From Phoronis australis (Eukaryota; Animalia; Phoronida): a DNA stretch of 64,000 bases. Under the pieces are notes generated by a model. It saw nothing but the letters and a program-made list of their open reading frames with translations. It was not told the DNA's origin and ran no database searches. The stretch lies in contig NMRA01000040.1 in the NCBI GenBank assembly GCA_002633005.1, forward strand, positions 989,805-1,053,804, given 5' to 3'. This document shows positions 25,178 to 37,429 of the stretch, in pieces (within the stretch, counting starts at the first letter, position 1; every line of letters begins with the position of its first letter). The translations under genes and the position numbers were made by a program.

Positions 25178-27350
25178 AATTGGCGAAATTTATGTTGCTC
25201 TGACATCAAGTTTGTTTTTTTTGTTCACACTACAGGTCGCATTTTTCGTCCGATTCCCATGAAATTCGCACACACCCTGTAGTCCTAGAAGTGCTAGAAG
25301 CTTATTGCTTTTTATGCGCCCACATATTTATATGTGGACGTATTATGCCGTCATCTCCGTCCGTCCGTCCGGGCGGCGTCCGTCCGGCGTCCGCTGCTTT
25401 ATCTCCAAAACCCTTTGACATACGTTCATGAAATTTGGCACATATGTTCCATTCATGAATGTGACGGCATGTGCAAATTTTCGGACGGATCCGACTACCG
25501 GTGTGCCCCTAGTGGCAATTTTAGTTTTTTACGCTTACCTTTGTATCTTCAAAAGTCCTGAACGGATTTTCATGAACTTTGGTATGTAGGCACCTATTAG
25601 TGAGATGACGCTATCCTCCCGATTTCAGATTGATTCGACATAGTTTACGCCACCTAGTGGCCATTTTTTATGCGCCCACATATTTATATGTGGACGCATT
25701 ATGCCGTCATCTCTGTCCGTCCGTCCGGGCGGCGTCCGGCGTGCGGCGTCCGCTGCTCTATCTCCAAAACCCTTTGACATACGTTCATGAAATTTGGCAC
25801 ATATGTTCCATTCATGAATGGGACGGCATGTGCGAACTTTTGGACGGATCCGACTACCGGTGTGCCCCCTAGTGGCAATTTTAGTTTTTTACGCTTACCT
25901 TTGTATCTTCAAAAGTATTGAACGGATTTTCATGAAATTTGGTATGTAGGCACCTATTAGTGAGATGACGCTATCCTACTGTTTTCAGATGGATTCGACG
26001 TAGTTTGCGCCACCTAGTGGCCATTTTTACTGTTTTCGAGTCTGTATTTTTGCGTCCACCCCTCTATCAACCAAACCGCTCAAAGGATGATTGTGAAAAT
26101 TGGCGTGTATGTGCTTACTATAAGGAAGACAGCTGACAATGATTTTCAGACGATTTGGACTACTGTGGCGCCTCCTAGTGGCAGTTTTTTTTTTGCGCCC
26201 ATGGCTGTATCTCCCAAACCGTTTGCAGGATCTTTACTAAATTTAGCAAGTGTATTTATGTGATGTTGACAACAAACGATGACGACTTTAGGGTGATTCT
26301 AACTACCGGTATGCCTCTAGTGGCAATTTTAGTATTTTACATTGACCTCTGTATTTTCATAGGTCTTCAGGTGTATACTTTGTGTTACTTCGTGACTATG
26401 AAGGAAAAGTTCCAAGTAGAAATTTGTTTCTGGCATTCTAATGCTGTGCTAATCTCGTATGTTGGTAAATTTGTTTTTAATTCTATGTTTCTGTGGTGCT
26501 TTAAGCAACTGATGTATAGGATGTGCTTGTATTATGAAGATTACTCACATTTTGCCCCTAGCCTATTGAGGAGACAATGACCATGCCTTTCCATTTCGCA
26601 AAGTACAACATACTGCATATATGCCCTCTACTGGGCACTTTATGGTACCAATAAACAACCCTAGAAGGATACCGTATACGGTGCAATTGTGGGCGCATTT
26701 CAACGCTCTGCGTTGCTCTTGTTAGTCATGATCCGATCCAAGATGGCGGATGTGGCGGCTATTTTATTTTAGATTTCAGACTCGTGCTCAGAGAGTTCGC
26801 AATTTTTGATGTACACGGCTGAAACTACAGATTTGGTAGATGTCATTAACTTCCGGTCAAAGATGGCAGAAATATGGGCCATTGCGCATGCACACCTTAA
26901 GTTCAGGATGAAAACATTTTGTCCTGTAAAGGCCGCGTTGTTAGACCAATTGCTTCGAAGTTTTTCACGTGTTGGTTTCTTATGGGTTGCTAATATTTGT
27001 TATTTTACCGGAAGTTGGTGCATTTTACCCCATTTTCAATCATGCTGGGGTGCCATTTTAAACGGAAAGAGCAAATGATGTGAATTTTGCATTGGATTCT
27101 CTGAGGTATGCCTTTTCGAATGACCTGTAAGAATTTTTTCTCAAACTTACAGTTTTTTAGTTATTTGACTTTCAATTTCAAAAAAATGCAAAATTTGAAA
27201 ATTTTCGAAAATTTTACGAAATTTCTGTTATCTTCCTTCATCATATGAATGTTATCATCTTGTTTATCATCACCATCATTGTTGTCGTCATTCCAATTGA
27301 CATTTTTTCAGTTAATTTCGCCAAGTTTCGCTCCTCTGAGCGTTTTCATT
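25178..27350 (+). mobile_element. Family A element interrupted by a family B insertion
   Basis: The A sequence stops at ...GAAGCTTATTGCTT (25310) and resumes at AGTCATGATCCGATCCAAGATGGCGG (26724). It ends AATTTCGCCAAGTTTCGCTCCTCTGAGCG. Confidence 0.75.
25309..26723 (+). mobile_element. Family B element with a tandemly duplicated 5' ~355 bp
   Basis: TTTTTATGCGCCCACATATTTATATGTGGACG occurs at 25309 and again at ~25665. The 3' end is GTGGGCGCATTTCAACGCTCTGCGTTGCTCTTGTT. Confidence 0.8.
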
Positions 27351-28011
27351 TGACCGGTGATTGGCGTGATATGATTGTGGCACCCCATTGTCTTCCTACT
27401 AGTGGCATGTTGACTCTGGTGCAATTGTCATGATGAAAAGGTGGTTTCACAAAAGGCCTTTTCATACTGACTTGACTCCGGTCTGAGCGTAGCGTTGAGG
27501 TAAACTGCGGAGTTAACTAAACGGTTCATACTGGGTTCAGTAGTTAACAGACATCGAAGTGAACGATAGGTGACGCTGTTGACATCGAAAAAATCGCAAG
27601 GTTTCGCTGCTCACTAAGGTTTCTTTAAATGTGACAATTTGGGAATATTTACATGTGGTAATTGACATAAAACTTAATTTTAATTTGATTGGTGATTCTT
27701 TGAGGAAAATGTAATGACTATTAGCGACTACACTACCCTTTAATTGTTGATGATAACAATGGCACCTGGTGATAAATTTGACGGGACCGAAGTTGACTGT
27801 TCATACTGCTATTAAATCCACCTGTTTAGTGCGAAGTTAACTGGCGCTGTTAACTTCGATCCAGGACTGAAATTAAGCGTTCATACTGACCGCAACGATG
27901 GATGGCGATGAGTTTCGGACCTGTGTGATTATAGGTGTGCCCCCTAGTGGCAATTTTAGCTTTTTACGCTTACCTCTGTATCTTCGGTGGTAATCAACAG
28001 ATTTTCATAAA

Positions 28012-29935
28012 CCGTACTCGTCCGCGTTACCGCCCAGGGTGCTTAAATTAGGAATCTGAAAAACGGGGTGGGCGGTAAGCCGAGCCTGGGCAGTTAAAAT
28101 CAAAATTTTTGAAAAGTCTTTGAGTTGTTGCTTACTGCACGGAGGACTGATTTTACCATCTTGGAGTTACACTGACATCGGACTTCAAGCACATTAGTTA
28201 AAATATAGGTCGGGGGATTGAAGTAACAGACTTTGATGGGCTGAAGTGGCATAGTGCACACGTTGTGATTCTGGATGTGATTGAGTTTTTACGTACCTCG
28301 GTCGCTGTTCATCATCTCTTAGAACTAAGGTATTCCTACAGGTAGGCATACGTTCAGTAGGGCAAGTTTCTAGAGAAAAGACTCATCAAGCAAGACTCCG
28401 CTGGTTCGAGGTGTATTGCTAAGGGAAGCACTTGGTTTTGCAAAGATTTGCTTCCCGCTGGACACTAAGGCAACCAAACACGTGCTAATGATTGACAGGT
28501 CTTCTTACTAAATACTTTGAACTTAGTTTGAGCTTTTTATATACATTTTTATGTGCCCACATATTTATATGTGGTCGCATATTGCCATCATCTCTGTCTG
28601 GGCATCCAGGCGTCTGGCGTCCGCGGCTGTATCTTCTAAGCCCCTCGCAGGATTATATTGAAATTTGGGGTCTACAACAGAGGTTGACAAGTTTCGAACC
28701 GACCAAAATACTGCTGTGTCTGTTAGTGGCAGTTTGAATTTTTTACGTTTGCCTCTGTATTTTCAAAGGTCTTCAACCGATTTTCATGAAATTTGGTACG
28801 TAGGCATCTATTAATGAGTTGACGCTATCCTCCCAGATTGCTTCGATGGATTTTGCGCCATCTAGTGGCCATTTTTACTATTTTCGAGTCATTTGGTAAA
28901 GTTGGTAAATGGCTTTCTTTTAAAAAAACAACATTTTTTTGCTTTCAGACGGATTCGACGTATTTTGCGCCATCTAGTGCCCATTTTAATGATGCAAATG
29001 AACAACCCTAAAAGCACACCATTTGCGATGCATTCGTGGGCGCATTTGAACACTCCGCGTTGCTGTTGTATATTTCTTTTGAGTTCAAAGCCAACACCGC
29101 TCTTGTTCAAAGCACGTGCACAACAATCGGAGGATACTAGTATTGGGCATTAGGGGTGCTCGCCGCTCAGTCGGCTGTTAAAATAATGAAGCAAAACACA
29201 TCATGTAAAAAGTCATCACAACAGGCAATTCAAAAGTTGAATAAAATAGGTTTTTGACCACATGGATGTGGACAGAATGTTTGACTTGCGCTTAATGAGA
29301 ATTAAGTTGATTTATTGCGCTGTTGTTTTCAGTTGGGCGCTTTCATTTTGGTGTCAGGAGTGAAAGTCATTAAAAACATGCGTTTAACCAAGACTGGGAA
29401 CAGTGAGACAAGTTGGCTTGTCACAATGGACCATGCCTTTTCTTATTTCAATGCTCTGGGTAGTTATGTTTCGTGTACTATCACGGGGAATGATAGAAAG
29501 CTTGGCCATGGACATGATATTCCTGTCAAGTACCGCTTTGCTGGTTCTAACACAGCAAATGAAATGCATTCGACAAGCGCTGTCTCAGTGATCAGTACAG
29601 GCCGACACAAGTTTTGTGTGTGAGCAAAATGAATCAATTGCATCTCCTTCAGTAGAGGGCATGAGAATACAGATTTTTTACTGCCATAGTAAGGCAAGGT
29701 CCAGGTTACAGCAAAACTGATTGATTGTCACAGAAACATAAGCAATTTGCGCATGTTTTGGAATCTTAATGTTGTGCGACCAATGTTCACTGAAGCACAA
29801 CACTTTTAAGGAAATGTCGGTCATGAAAAATTGGGGGTGGGCGGTAAGCTGAGCATGGGCGCTTAGAAATGAAAAATTGAAATTTTCGGGGGCAGGCAGT
29901 AAGCCAAGTATAGGCCGTAACCCAGACGAGTACGC
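28012..29935. mobile_element. Non-autonomous Tc1/mariner/pogo-like TIR element, itself containing a family B copy
   Basis: TIRs are CGTACTCGTCCGCGTTAC and GTAACCCAGACGAGTACG. Subterminal repeats GGGGTGGGCGGTAAGCYGAG occur at ~28065, 29833 and 29888. TA is present on the right flank, while the left flank reads AA. Confidence 0.7.
28546..29069 (+). mobile_element. Short family B element
   Basis: TTTTTATGTGCCCACATATTTATATGTGG at the 5' end and GTGGGCGCATTTGAACACTCCGCGTTGCTGTTG at the 3' end. Confidence 0.75.
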
Positions 29936-30289
29936 TAATTTGGCAGTTTGGCATCTATTAGTGAGATGACGCTATCTCTCCGTTTTCGGATGGATTCGAG
30001 GTATTTTGCGTTACCTACTAGCCGTATTTACTGTTTTCGAGTCTGATTTTTGGCATCCACCCCTCTGTCAACCAAACCACTCTAAGGATGATTGTGAAAA
30101 TTGACAAATATGTTCTTTGCGCCATCTAGTGGCCATTTTTATGATACAAATAAATACCCCAAACCATTTGCGGTGCATTCGCTGGTGCATTTCAACACTC
30201 TGCGTTGCTTTTGTAATATTTAACTCTGTGTTACATCAACAAGTGTAACATCCAATTTTACCAACATTTGCACTTATTTATTTTAAGAC

Positions 30290-30696
30290 CATAAATGCTG
30301 TCCACATACAGACTTACCCTAGAACAAGTTGCTCCTGGAATGAGTTGTTGCTAGGTTTGAATGCTGTGTGAACAGTATTTAAACTTACTAGTGCAACTTA
30401 ACCCACTTTTGACTTCTTACTCCATGTTATCGAGGTGAGGTAACTTGTTCTAGAGTAACTTGGGCCACTTAAAATCACTGTGTGGCTGCAAAAACGGGGT
30501 TTGCCAGAAGTAATTATCAGCTGCGGTTACATATAGACGAGTTTTCTCTAATTGCGCGCCGTATTGGCATTAGGTGTTCATTGTCACGCTCAGAGTGACT
30601 ACTTCTGCCTTACCCTAGTTATTGGATATAGATGTGTGGACGCTTCACTTAAAATTGGGGTAAGTTGCACTTGTGCATGTTGTTGTAGGGTAGCCT
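30290..30696. mobile_element. MITE related to 12051-12436 (opposite orientation)
   Basis: ACTAGTGCAACTTAACCCACTTTT (~30387) and TTGGGGTAAGTTGCACTTGT...TTGTAGGGTAGCCTG. Internal segments match the reverse complement of 12120-12330. The left boundary is approximate. Confidence 0.55.
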
Positions 30697-31330
30697 GTGT
30701 GTAGACGGGAGTATAGTTCACTTACCCGCTCTCTCTTCATTATCTCTGGTGTCTGTTGAACCCTCAGCTCTTCCACTCTGTAAAATGGTACATGTGGTAG
30801 CTGACATAATGCTGTCTCATGGGTTATCTGTTGGGTCCATTGTTCTCTCTTGATAAGCGGGTTACATTCGACTCTGGTCAAAAGGGCTACATCCAGAGGA
30901 CTTGTTGTGAATATTTCTAGATTAGATACATTGGGCATTGGGCCTTACTGTGACATACTTATCACCCTGAGTTCGTGAAATTAGCTAATTTGTACTGACT
31001 GAACACTTGCTGTTGGGCACCCAAGGTGACTTGAAAGGAATCAGCATTGGATCTGTAACATGAGTCAGAGAGCTAACAGCTTCATTAATGACATTCTCCC
31101 AAGCTGTGAGACATGGTCATAGCTACAGCACCTGTCCTAAGTGATCTGTGCATAGTCAAAAGTGCCAGTCACTTCATGTTTCAAGTTATGGATAAGTTCA
31201 TTGGGGTGGATATGGTAACCTCTTAACAAAATGGAAGATACTGAAGAAAGTGTAGATGTCGAATTTACTGAGATTGGAATCCTGTTGCCGGTATGAACTC
31301 ATAGCTTTAGACAAGTTTCCCTGTGCTAAA

Positions 31331-32541
31331 TTTTTACTTGGCAAAATAAATTTCGCCAAGTATATTGCTCTAGCTGTCACTAAGTTTTTGTTTGTTTATT
31401 TCTTCGCACGATACAGGTCACAATTTTGGTTCGATCATCTCGAAATTTACACGTAACAGGTAGTTTCGAAAGTACTGGAAGCCTTGGACCCGATTATGAC
31501 GTCATAATCGGATCCAAGATGGCGGATGTTGCGGCGTTTTGTTTTCATTTTAAGATTCAAATGCTTCTGGAAACTACAATTTTTTACGTACAGGGCTGGA
31601 AGTTGGCGCTATTATTGGACCGGAAGTGCGCTACAAGTATACCAGAAATTGTTCACTTTCGGTTAAAGATGGCGGAAATATCGGTAATCACGCATGCGCA
31701 CCTTGATTTTGGCCTAAAAACGTTTTTTCCTGTAGAAGACCAATTGCTTCGACATTTTTCAGGTATTAGTTTCCTATAACATGCTATTATTCAGAGCTGA
31801 AAAACCGGAAGTTGCTTTCAAGATGGCGGATCTGGCGCATGTTGACCCATTTTCAGTTGTGCTGTAGTGCCATTTTAAACGGTAAGAGAAAATGACGCGA
31901 TTTTTTGCATGTGGATTCTCTGAGGTATACCCTTTGAAATGATCAGTAACAATTTTTTTCTCAGACTTACCATTTTGGACTTATTTGACTTTGAATTTCA
32001 AAAAAAATAAACTTTCATTTTTTCCAAAAATTTGCGGAATTATGCGATACTAACAATTTAGATAGAGTTTTGAACGGGCTTTCAGATGATGTTTTTTCAT
32101 TTTCTGCTAGGATGTATACTTTTTGAATTATTCGAGATTTTCTGATAGCGCTGTTCCTTTGTTGAGTGCTCTTTCTGCTTTGATGTCGGTTAAGCTTCTA
32201 TTGAACAAGACTGTAGCCTATTTCTCACTAATTTATGACATCTAAGTTGGTCATATGAATGTTATGATGTTTGTTCATCATCGCCACCACTTCATCATAT
32301 TCATCATCTTCGTTATCATTTCCGGCGTCGTCTTTTCAGTTAATTTCGCCAAGTGTCGCTCAAGACTGTAAACTATTTCTTACTGATTTCTGACCTCTAC
32401 GTTCGTCATGTGAATGTTATCATTACTTGTATTGTTCATCATTGCCACCATCGTCGTCATGTTTGTCATCTTCGTCATCATCTTTATTGTCATCTTTTCT
32501 GTTAATTTCGCCAAGTGTCGCTCCTCGGAGCACTTTCATTT
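31331..32541 (+). mobile_element. Complete family A Helentron/DINE-like element (~1.2 kb)
   Basis: The 5' end TTTTTACTTGGCAAAATAAATTTCGCCAAGTA is a subTIR plus its inverted copy. The 3' end is AATTTCGCCAAGT, a GCTCCTCGGAGC hairpin and TTTCATTT. There is no TSD and both flanks are T-rich. Confidence 0.8.
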
Positions 32542-32975
32542 GCATGTTGTTTATATCCTGTGAATGACTTGTTCAGCTGAACTGTTGGTTGTACGCAATA
32601 TGTCACACTAAGGTTTTCAAGTGAAAGATTTTACACGATACAATCTCAGTTTCATATTGTTCTGAACTTTAAAAAAGGATGCTATTTTAAATTTCGTAGA
32701 AATACCTTGGATGGGATGTCAAATATTCAGGGATATTCAGGTTTGAACGTGTGCCCTTTAGGTGCACCTGATAACAAAAAGTGTACCCTTTTTTCAAAAA
32801 GTTGTGCCTAGCAATTAAAGTGGTAACATATGAAACAGAAACCCCAAGGGCAATCGGAATAAGAAAAGACATGTTTTACCCAACTGGCTGTAAGTTGACT
32901 GGAATTTTGCTTTTGGAAAAGTGTTGCGTTTTAAAAGATGCGCCAGGGGATGCACTGCTGCAGTGTACTTTTGCC

Positions 32976-35442
32976 TTTTTATGTGCCCACATATTTATAT
33001 GTGGACGCATTATGCATCATACATGTCCGTAAGTTCGGAAGCCGTCCGGCGTAAGTCTGGCATCTGTCTGGCATCCGCTGCTCTGTCTCCAAAACCCTTT
33101 GATGTATATTCAGGAAATTTTGCTTATGAGCAAACGTTTGGATGGATTCGACTACCGGTGTGCGTCCTAGTGGCAATTTTAGTTTAACGCGGCCACATAT
33201 TTATGTGTGGACACATTATGTCGGTCTGTCCGGGCGGCGTCCATCTGGCGTCCGCTGCTCTATCTCCAAAACAGATTGATGTATGTTCATGAAATTTTGC
33301 ATGTGTTTCTTTTATGGATGGGACATCATGAGCGAACTTTCGGACGGATCCGACTACCGGTGTGCTCCTAGTGGCAATTTTAGTTTTTTACGTTTACCTC
33401 TGTATCTTCAAAGATCCTCAACGTGTTTTCATAAATTTTGTATATTGGTATGTATTAGTGAAACGACAGTATCCTTTCGTTTTCGGATGGATTCAACGTA
33501 GTTTGCGCCACCTAGTGGCCATTTTTACTGTTTTCGTGTCCACCCTCTATCAACCAAACCGCTCTAAGCATGATTGTGAAAATTGGCATGTATGTTCTTA
33601 CTATGAAGAGGATGGCTGACGATGATTTTCCGATGACGGAATACTGTGGCGCCTCCTAGTGTCAGTTTTGTTTTTTACGCCTATGGCTATATCTCCTAAA
33701 CTGTTTGCAGCATCTTTACTAAATTTAGAAATGCATTTATATGATGTTGACAATGGACGGCGACGACTTTCGGACAGTTCTGACCACTGGTATGCCACCT
33801 AGTGGCAATTTTATTTTTTTACGTTTACCTCTGTATCTTCAAAGGGACTCAACGTAATTTTATAAAATTCTGCATGCAGGCTTCTGTTAATGAGGTGACG
33901 CTATCTCTCCATTTTCAGATGGATTGACCTAGTTTGCGCCATCGAGTGGCCATTTTTACTGTTTTCGAGTCTGTTTTTTGGCGTCCACCTCTCTATCAAC
34001 CAAACCGCTTTCAGGAAAATTGTGAAAATTGTCCTATATGTTTTTACTATGAAGTGGACGGCTGACGACGATTTGCCGATGACTTCGACTTCTGTGACAC
34101 CTCTTAGTGGCAGTTTCTTTTTTTTGCACCCATGGCTGTATCTCCTAAACCGTTTGCCGGATCTTTACTAAATTTAGTAAGCTTGTTTATATGATGTTGA
34201 CAACGGACGACGATGATTTTGGGATGGATCTGACTACTGGTATGTACCCTGGTGGTAATTTTATTTTTACATTTACCTCTCTATCTTCATAGATCTTCAT
34301 AGATCCTCAACAGATTTTCATGAAATTTTGAATCCAGGCATCTATTGGTGAGATGATGCTATCCTCTTGTGGCCATTTTTGATGTTTTCGAGTCAAATCA
34401 TTCTTAGGATGGTTTTGAAAATTGGTGTATATGTTCTCAGTGTGAAGAGGACAGTTGAGGATGACGACTTTGACTACTGTGGCACCTCCTAGTGGTAGTT
34501 TTGTTTTGTTTTGCACCCTTAGCTGTATCTCCTAAACCCACGGCAGACAATGACGACTTTCAGGCATATCCAATGAACACTGTGCCCCCTAGTGGCAATT
34601 TCATTTTATTCTGTTTCCTTTGTTTCTCTGAAATTCCAGATTTCTATGAAATTTGGTGTATAGCTTTCTATTAAAGAAGCAATGACATGTCCCCATTTTC
34701 GGACAGATTGAATATTTTTGTGCCATCTAGTGGCTATTTTTATGATACAAATAAGCAACCCTAACAGCGCACCATTTGTGATGCATTCGTGGGCACATTT
34801 CAATGCTCCGCGTTGCTCTTGTTTTCATTTGCCTCTGTATCTTCAATGGTCTTCAACGGATTTTTATAGAATTTGGCACATAGTCATCAATTAGTGAAAT
34901 GACCCATCCTTCAGTTTTTGGAGAGATTTTGCGCCACTTAGTGGTAATTTTTACTGTTCTTGAGTCTTTTTTGGCGTCCGCTCCTCTATCAACCAAACCA
35001 TTCTAAGGATGAATTTGAAAATTGGCATATATGTTCTCAGTGTGAAGAAAAAAGTTGACAATTACGTCTTCGACTACTGTGGTGCCTCCTAGTGGCAATT
35101 TTGTTTTGTTTCGTGCCCATAGCTACATATCCTAAACCCACTGTAGAATCTTTATTAAATTTAAGAAGTGTATTGATATGAAATTAACAACAGACGGCGA
35201 CAACTTTCAGAAGGATCGAATGAATGCTGTGCCCCCTAGTGGCAATTTATTTATTTTTTCCTTTGTTTCGCTGAAGTTCCTTGGTAGATTTTTGTAAACG
35301 ATGGCATGTTCCCGATTTCGGAAGGATTCAATGTATTTTGCGCCATTTAGTGGCCATTTTTATTATATAAATAAACAACCCTAGAAGCTCACCATTTGTG
35401 ATGCATTTGTGGGTGCATTTCAACGCTCTGCATTACTCTTGT
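32976..35442 (+). mobile_element. Expanded family B element with duplicated 5' and 3' ends
   Basis: The 5' palindrome occurs at ~32985 and again at ~33193. The 3' subTIR plus hairpin occurs at ~34789-34822 and again at ~35409-35442. About 15 CCWAGTGG-type repeats lie inside. Confidence 0.8.
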
Positions 35443-36335
35443 CCAGGAATATCCTTGAATATCCTTGAATATTCATAATCATTTGAGTATCCCACAGAAT
35501 CTGCTTGTTGATTCCGATGTTTTGCTAATTAGTTTTACTTCAGTTATGGTTTTCCCAAAGCATGGCTCCAAGCCGTGTATATTGGCCTTGTTTCTAGATG
35601 ACTGGCATGATTACTTAGTGTCATTCCACTTGTCTGGTGATTTTTGATTTGAGATACTCCAGTTCAAGATCACTTTTTGCTGTAACAGAAGTTGTCCCCC
35701 AGGCAGATTAGATATGATTGTCTGAACTCTGGGAACTGTTTTTCATTGATCACTGTTTTATGTGCCAACAGGTAGTATGGCCGATAGAGATTAATCTGGA
35801 TGTTTTATTGTCAATTTCAATCCTAACGAAGGATGGGAATAGGATATGTCATTTCAAAGGCATGTGCAAATACTCCTCTGAAGAAAAGTTCTTCTTGACA
35901 TAGAAAGTTAATCCTGAGTGCTGTGTCTTTGAATGTAAAGGAGCTGTGAAAATGTTAGTGTAGACTGTTACCTCACTACCTACCGAAAACTCGCGGGTTA
36001 AAGGCGAAGGCAACCTTTTTTCATGTCATTTTGAGCTAAAATAAGGTTGGTTGGTTATCCTAGACATATTTTCCACTTAATTACAGCTTTTCGTAATTTT
36101 ATAAATTACTCGTCCGCTACTCCGGAAGTGACGTTTTAGGAGGCAAGCGTTTCCCGCCACTTGGTTTTGCGTTGACTTTACCGTGCGAATCTGTTCTATT
36201 CTACTTTTGTTTTGTGCTGTTTTTCAACAATTGTCGCCACCACTTTCCATCGGCGAGTATTCTGCGGCAAGATAGGTTAGTAGAGAACTCAACTACGTTG
36301 GATTTAGGGATTGTTTAGTGTGTTGTAAACTGAAA

Positions 36336-36689
36336 ATGGCTGGAGTCGGTGACCCGTATCACAGTGACAGTAGTGTGAGTGACGGAGACCTTGTTCACAG
36401 CAGTGGTGACGAGGAATTTTTTCACGGACATTCAGTGGGTGGGTACATGTTTGAGCCCGAGTATAACGAGGCAGAGTACGCACAGGCACAGGCAGCTGTT
36501 GAGAGAAACGAGGCGGCTACTGAGGACAGACGTGGTGACACATCTTGGTGCAAATGCACTGCGTGCGTTGTTATGCCTACCTCAATGCAATGCTTGTGCT
36601 GTACAGAGTTCGACGAGGCCAAGCCACTACTGGACACGGTTAAGTGGACCTCCGGCATACCACAGACAGAGGAACAACTGTCCCACTAG
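36336..36689 (+). pseudogene. Truncated accessory ORF (KolX-like; Cys-rich, resembling the P2X7 cytoplasmic ballast domain)
   Basis: GYMFEPE...WCKCTACVVMPTSMQCLCCTE fits the PYxFEP...WCxCxxCxxMxxxxEx(L/V)CCxE pattern. It is cut at ~36640, where it runs into the antisense of the transposase. Confidence 0.75.
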
Positions 36690-37429
36690 CCAGAGTGTCC
36701 CGCGACACACTCCCATTGGATGGTGACCTGAGCACCCAAACTGCTTACATCGTGTCGTGTGACTCCCTCGCCATACACCTGGCACCTTCTAAATAGCTCC
36801 AGCACTTTAGACAAGTCCACAATAAACTTCTCAAAGTTTGGCTCACCGATCTGTTCACTGGACGACGAACTGTCCTCTTCACTGGGTGTCGAACTGGGCC
36901 TGTAATCACTCCCACTACTCAATATCGCTGTAGGGCTGCTTAGAGGCTCTGGGCTGGAGAAAACAGCACAGGGCGAATCACTACTGGTTCCAGGAATGGC
37001 ACGCTCTGGGGTACGTTCGGAGGCACGGGTGACAGTGGATGAAGTACCTCCACTGGCTCCAGTCACTGTACTGGCCACAGCTCGCGAGGCTTCTCTCTTC
37101 AAAAACGCACTTCTCGGGGGTGGCGACGCGGCACTGCCGGGAATCAACACAGACGGAATGGCATCCTTCTTCAGGCGTTGTTTTGCAGGGACCTTCATCA
37201 GTTCAGCGTACAAATCCCTTTCGGAATTGGACGGCAGACAGTGCTTGCCACACACACGGTAATTCTCGACTGCTTTGTACGTTGCGTGGACGGGTAACGC
37301 TGCGTTCTTCACACGAACGAGCCAAGTACGGCGAAGTGCGTCATCCATCGGAAAGCGATGCAAAGGTTCTCCCAAAGCGCGCGTGAGACGATAATTAGTA
37401 CATCCCGGTAGGCAGCAACAGTGTGGCAT
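36640..37429 (-). pseudogene. N-terminal part of a THAP-domain Kolobok-type transposase (no catalytic domain)
   Basis: THAP signature MPHCCCLPGC...LHRFP...W...VCGKH...LKKDAIPS, a Ser-rich linker, then FIVDLSKVLELFRRCQ...WECVAGHSG*WDS. In-frame stop at 36686-36688. Confidence 0.85.

Larger units (their letters stand above)
27915..30214 (+). mobile_element. 5'-truncated family B element interrupted by a TIR element
   Basis: The B sequence stops at ATTTTCATAAA (28011) and resumes at TAATTTGGC...CATCTATTAGTGAGATGACG (29936). The 3' hairpin is at ~30193-30207. Confidence 0.7.

Noticed and set aside
31176-31220. Alternative phase-0 first exon (MFQVMDKFIGVDM|GTAACC)
   Set aside because: The donor is weak and there is no similarity or transcript evidence, so it is indistinguishable from chance.
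15232-35442. Recurrent similar short ORFs (such as 15232-15771, 17500-17893, 20479-20724, 25334-25872, 31426-31779) as a gene family
   Set aside because: They are chance translations of family A and B repeats. Frames and stops are not conserved among copies.
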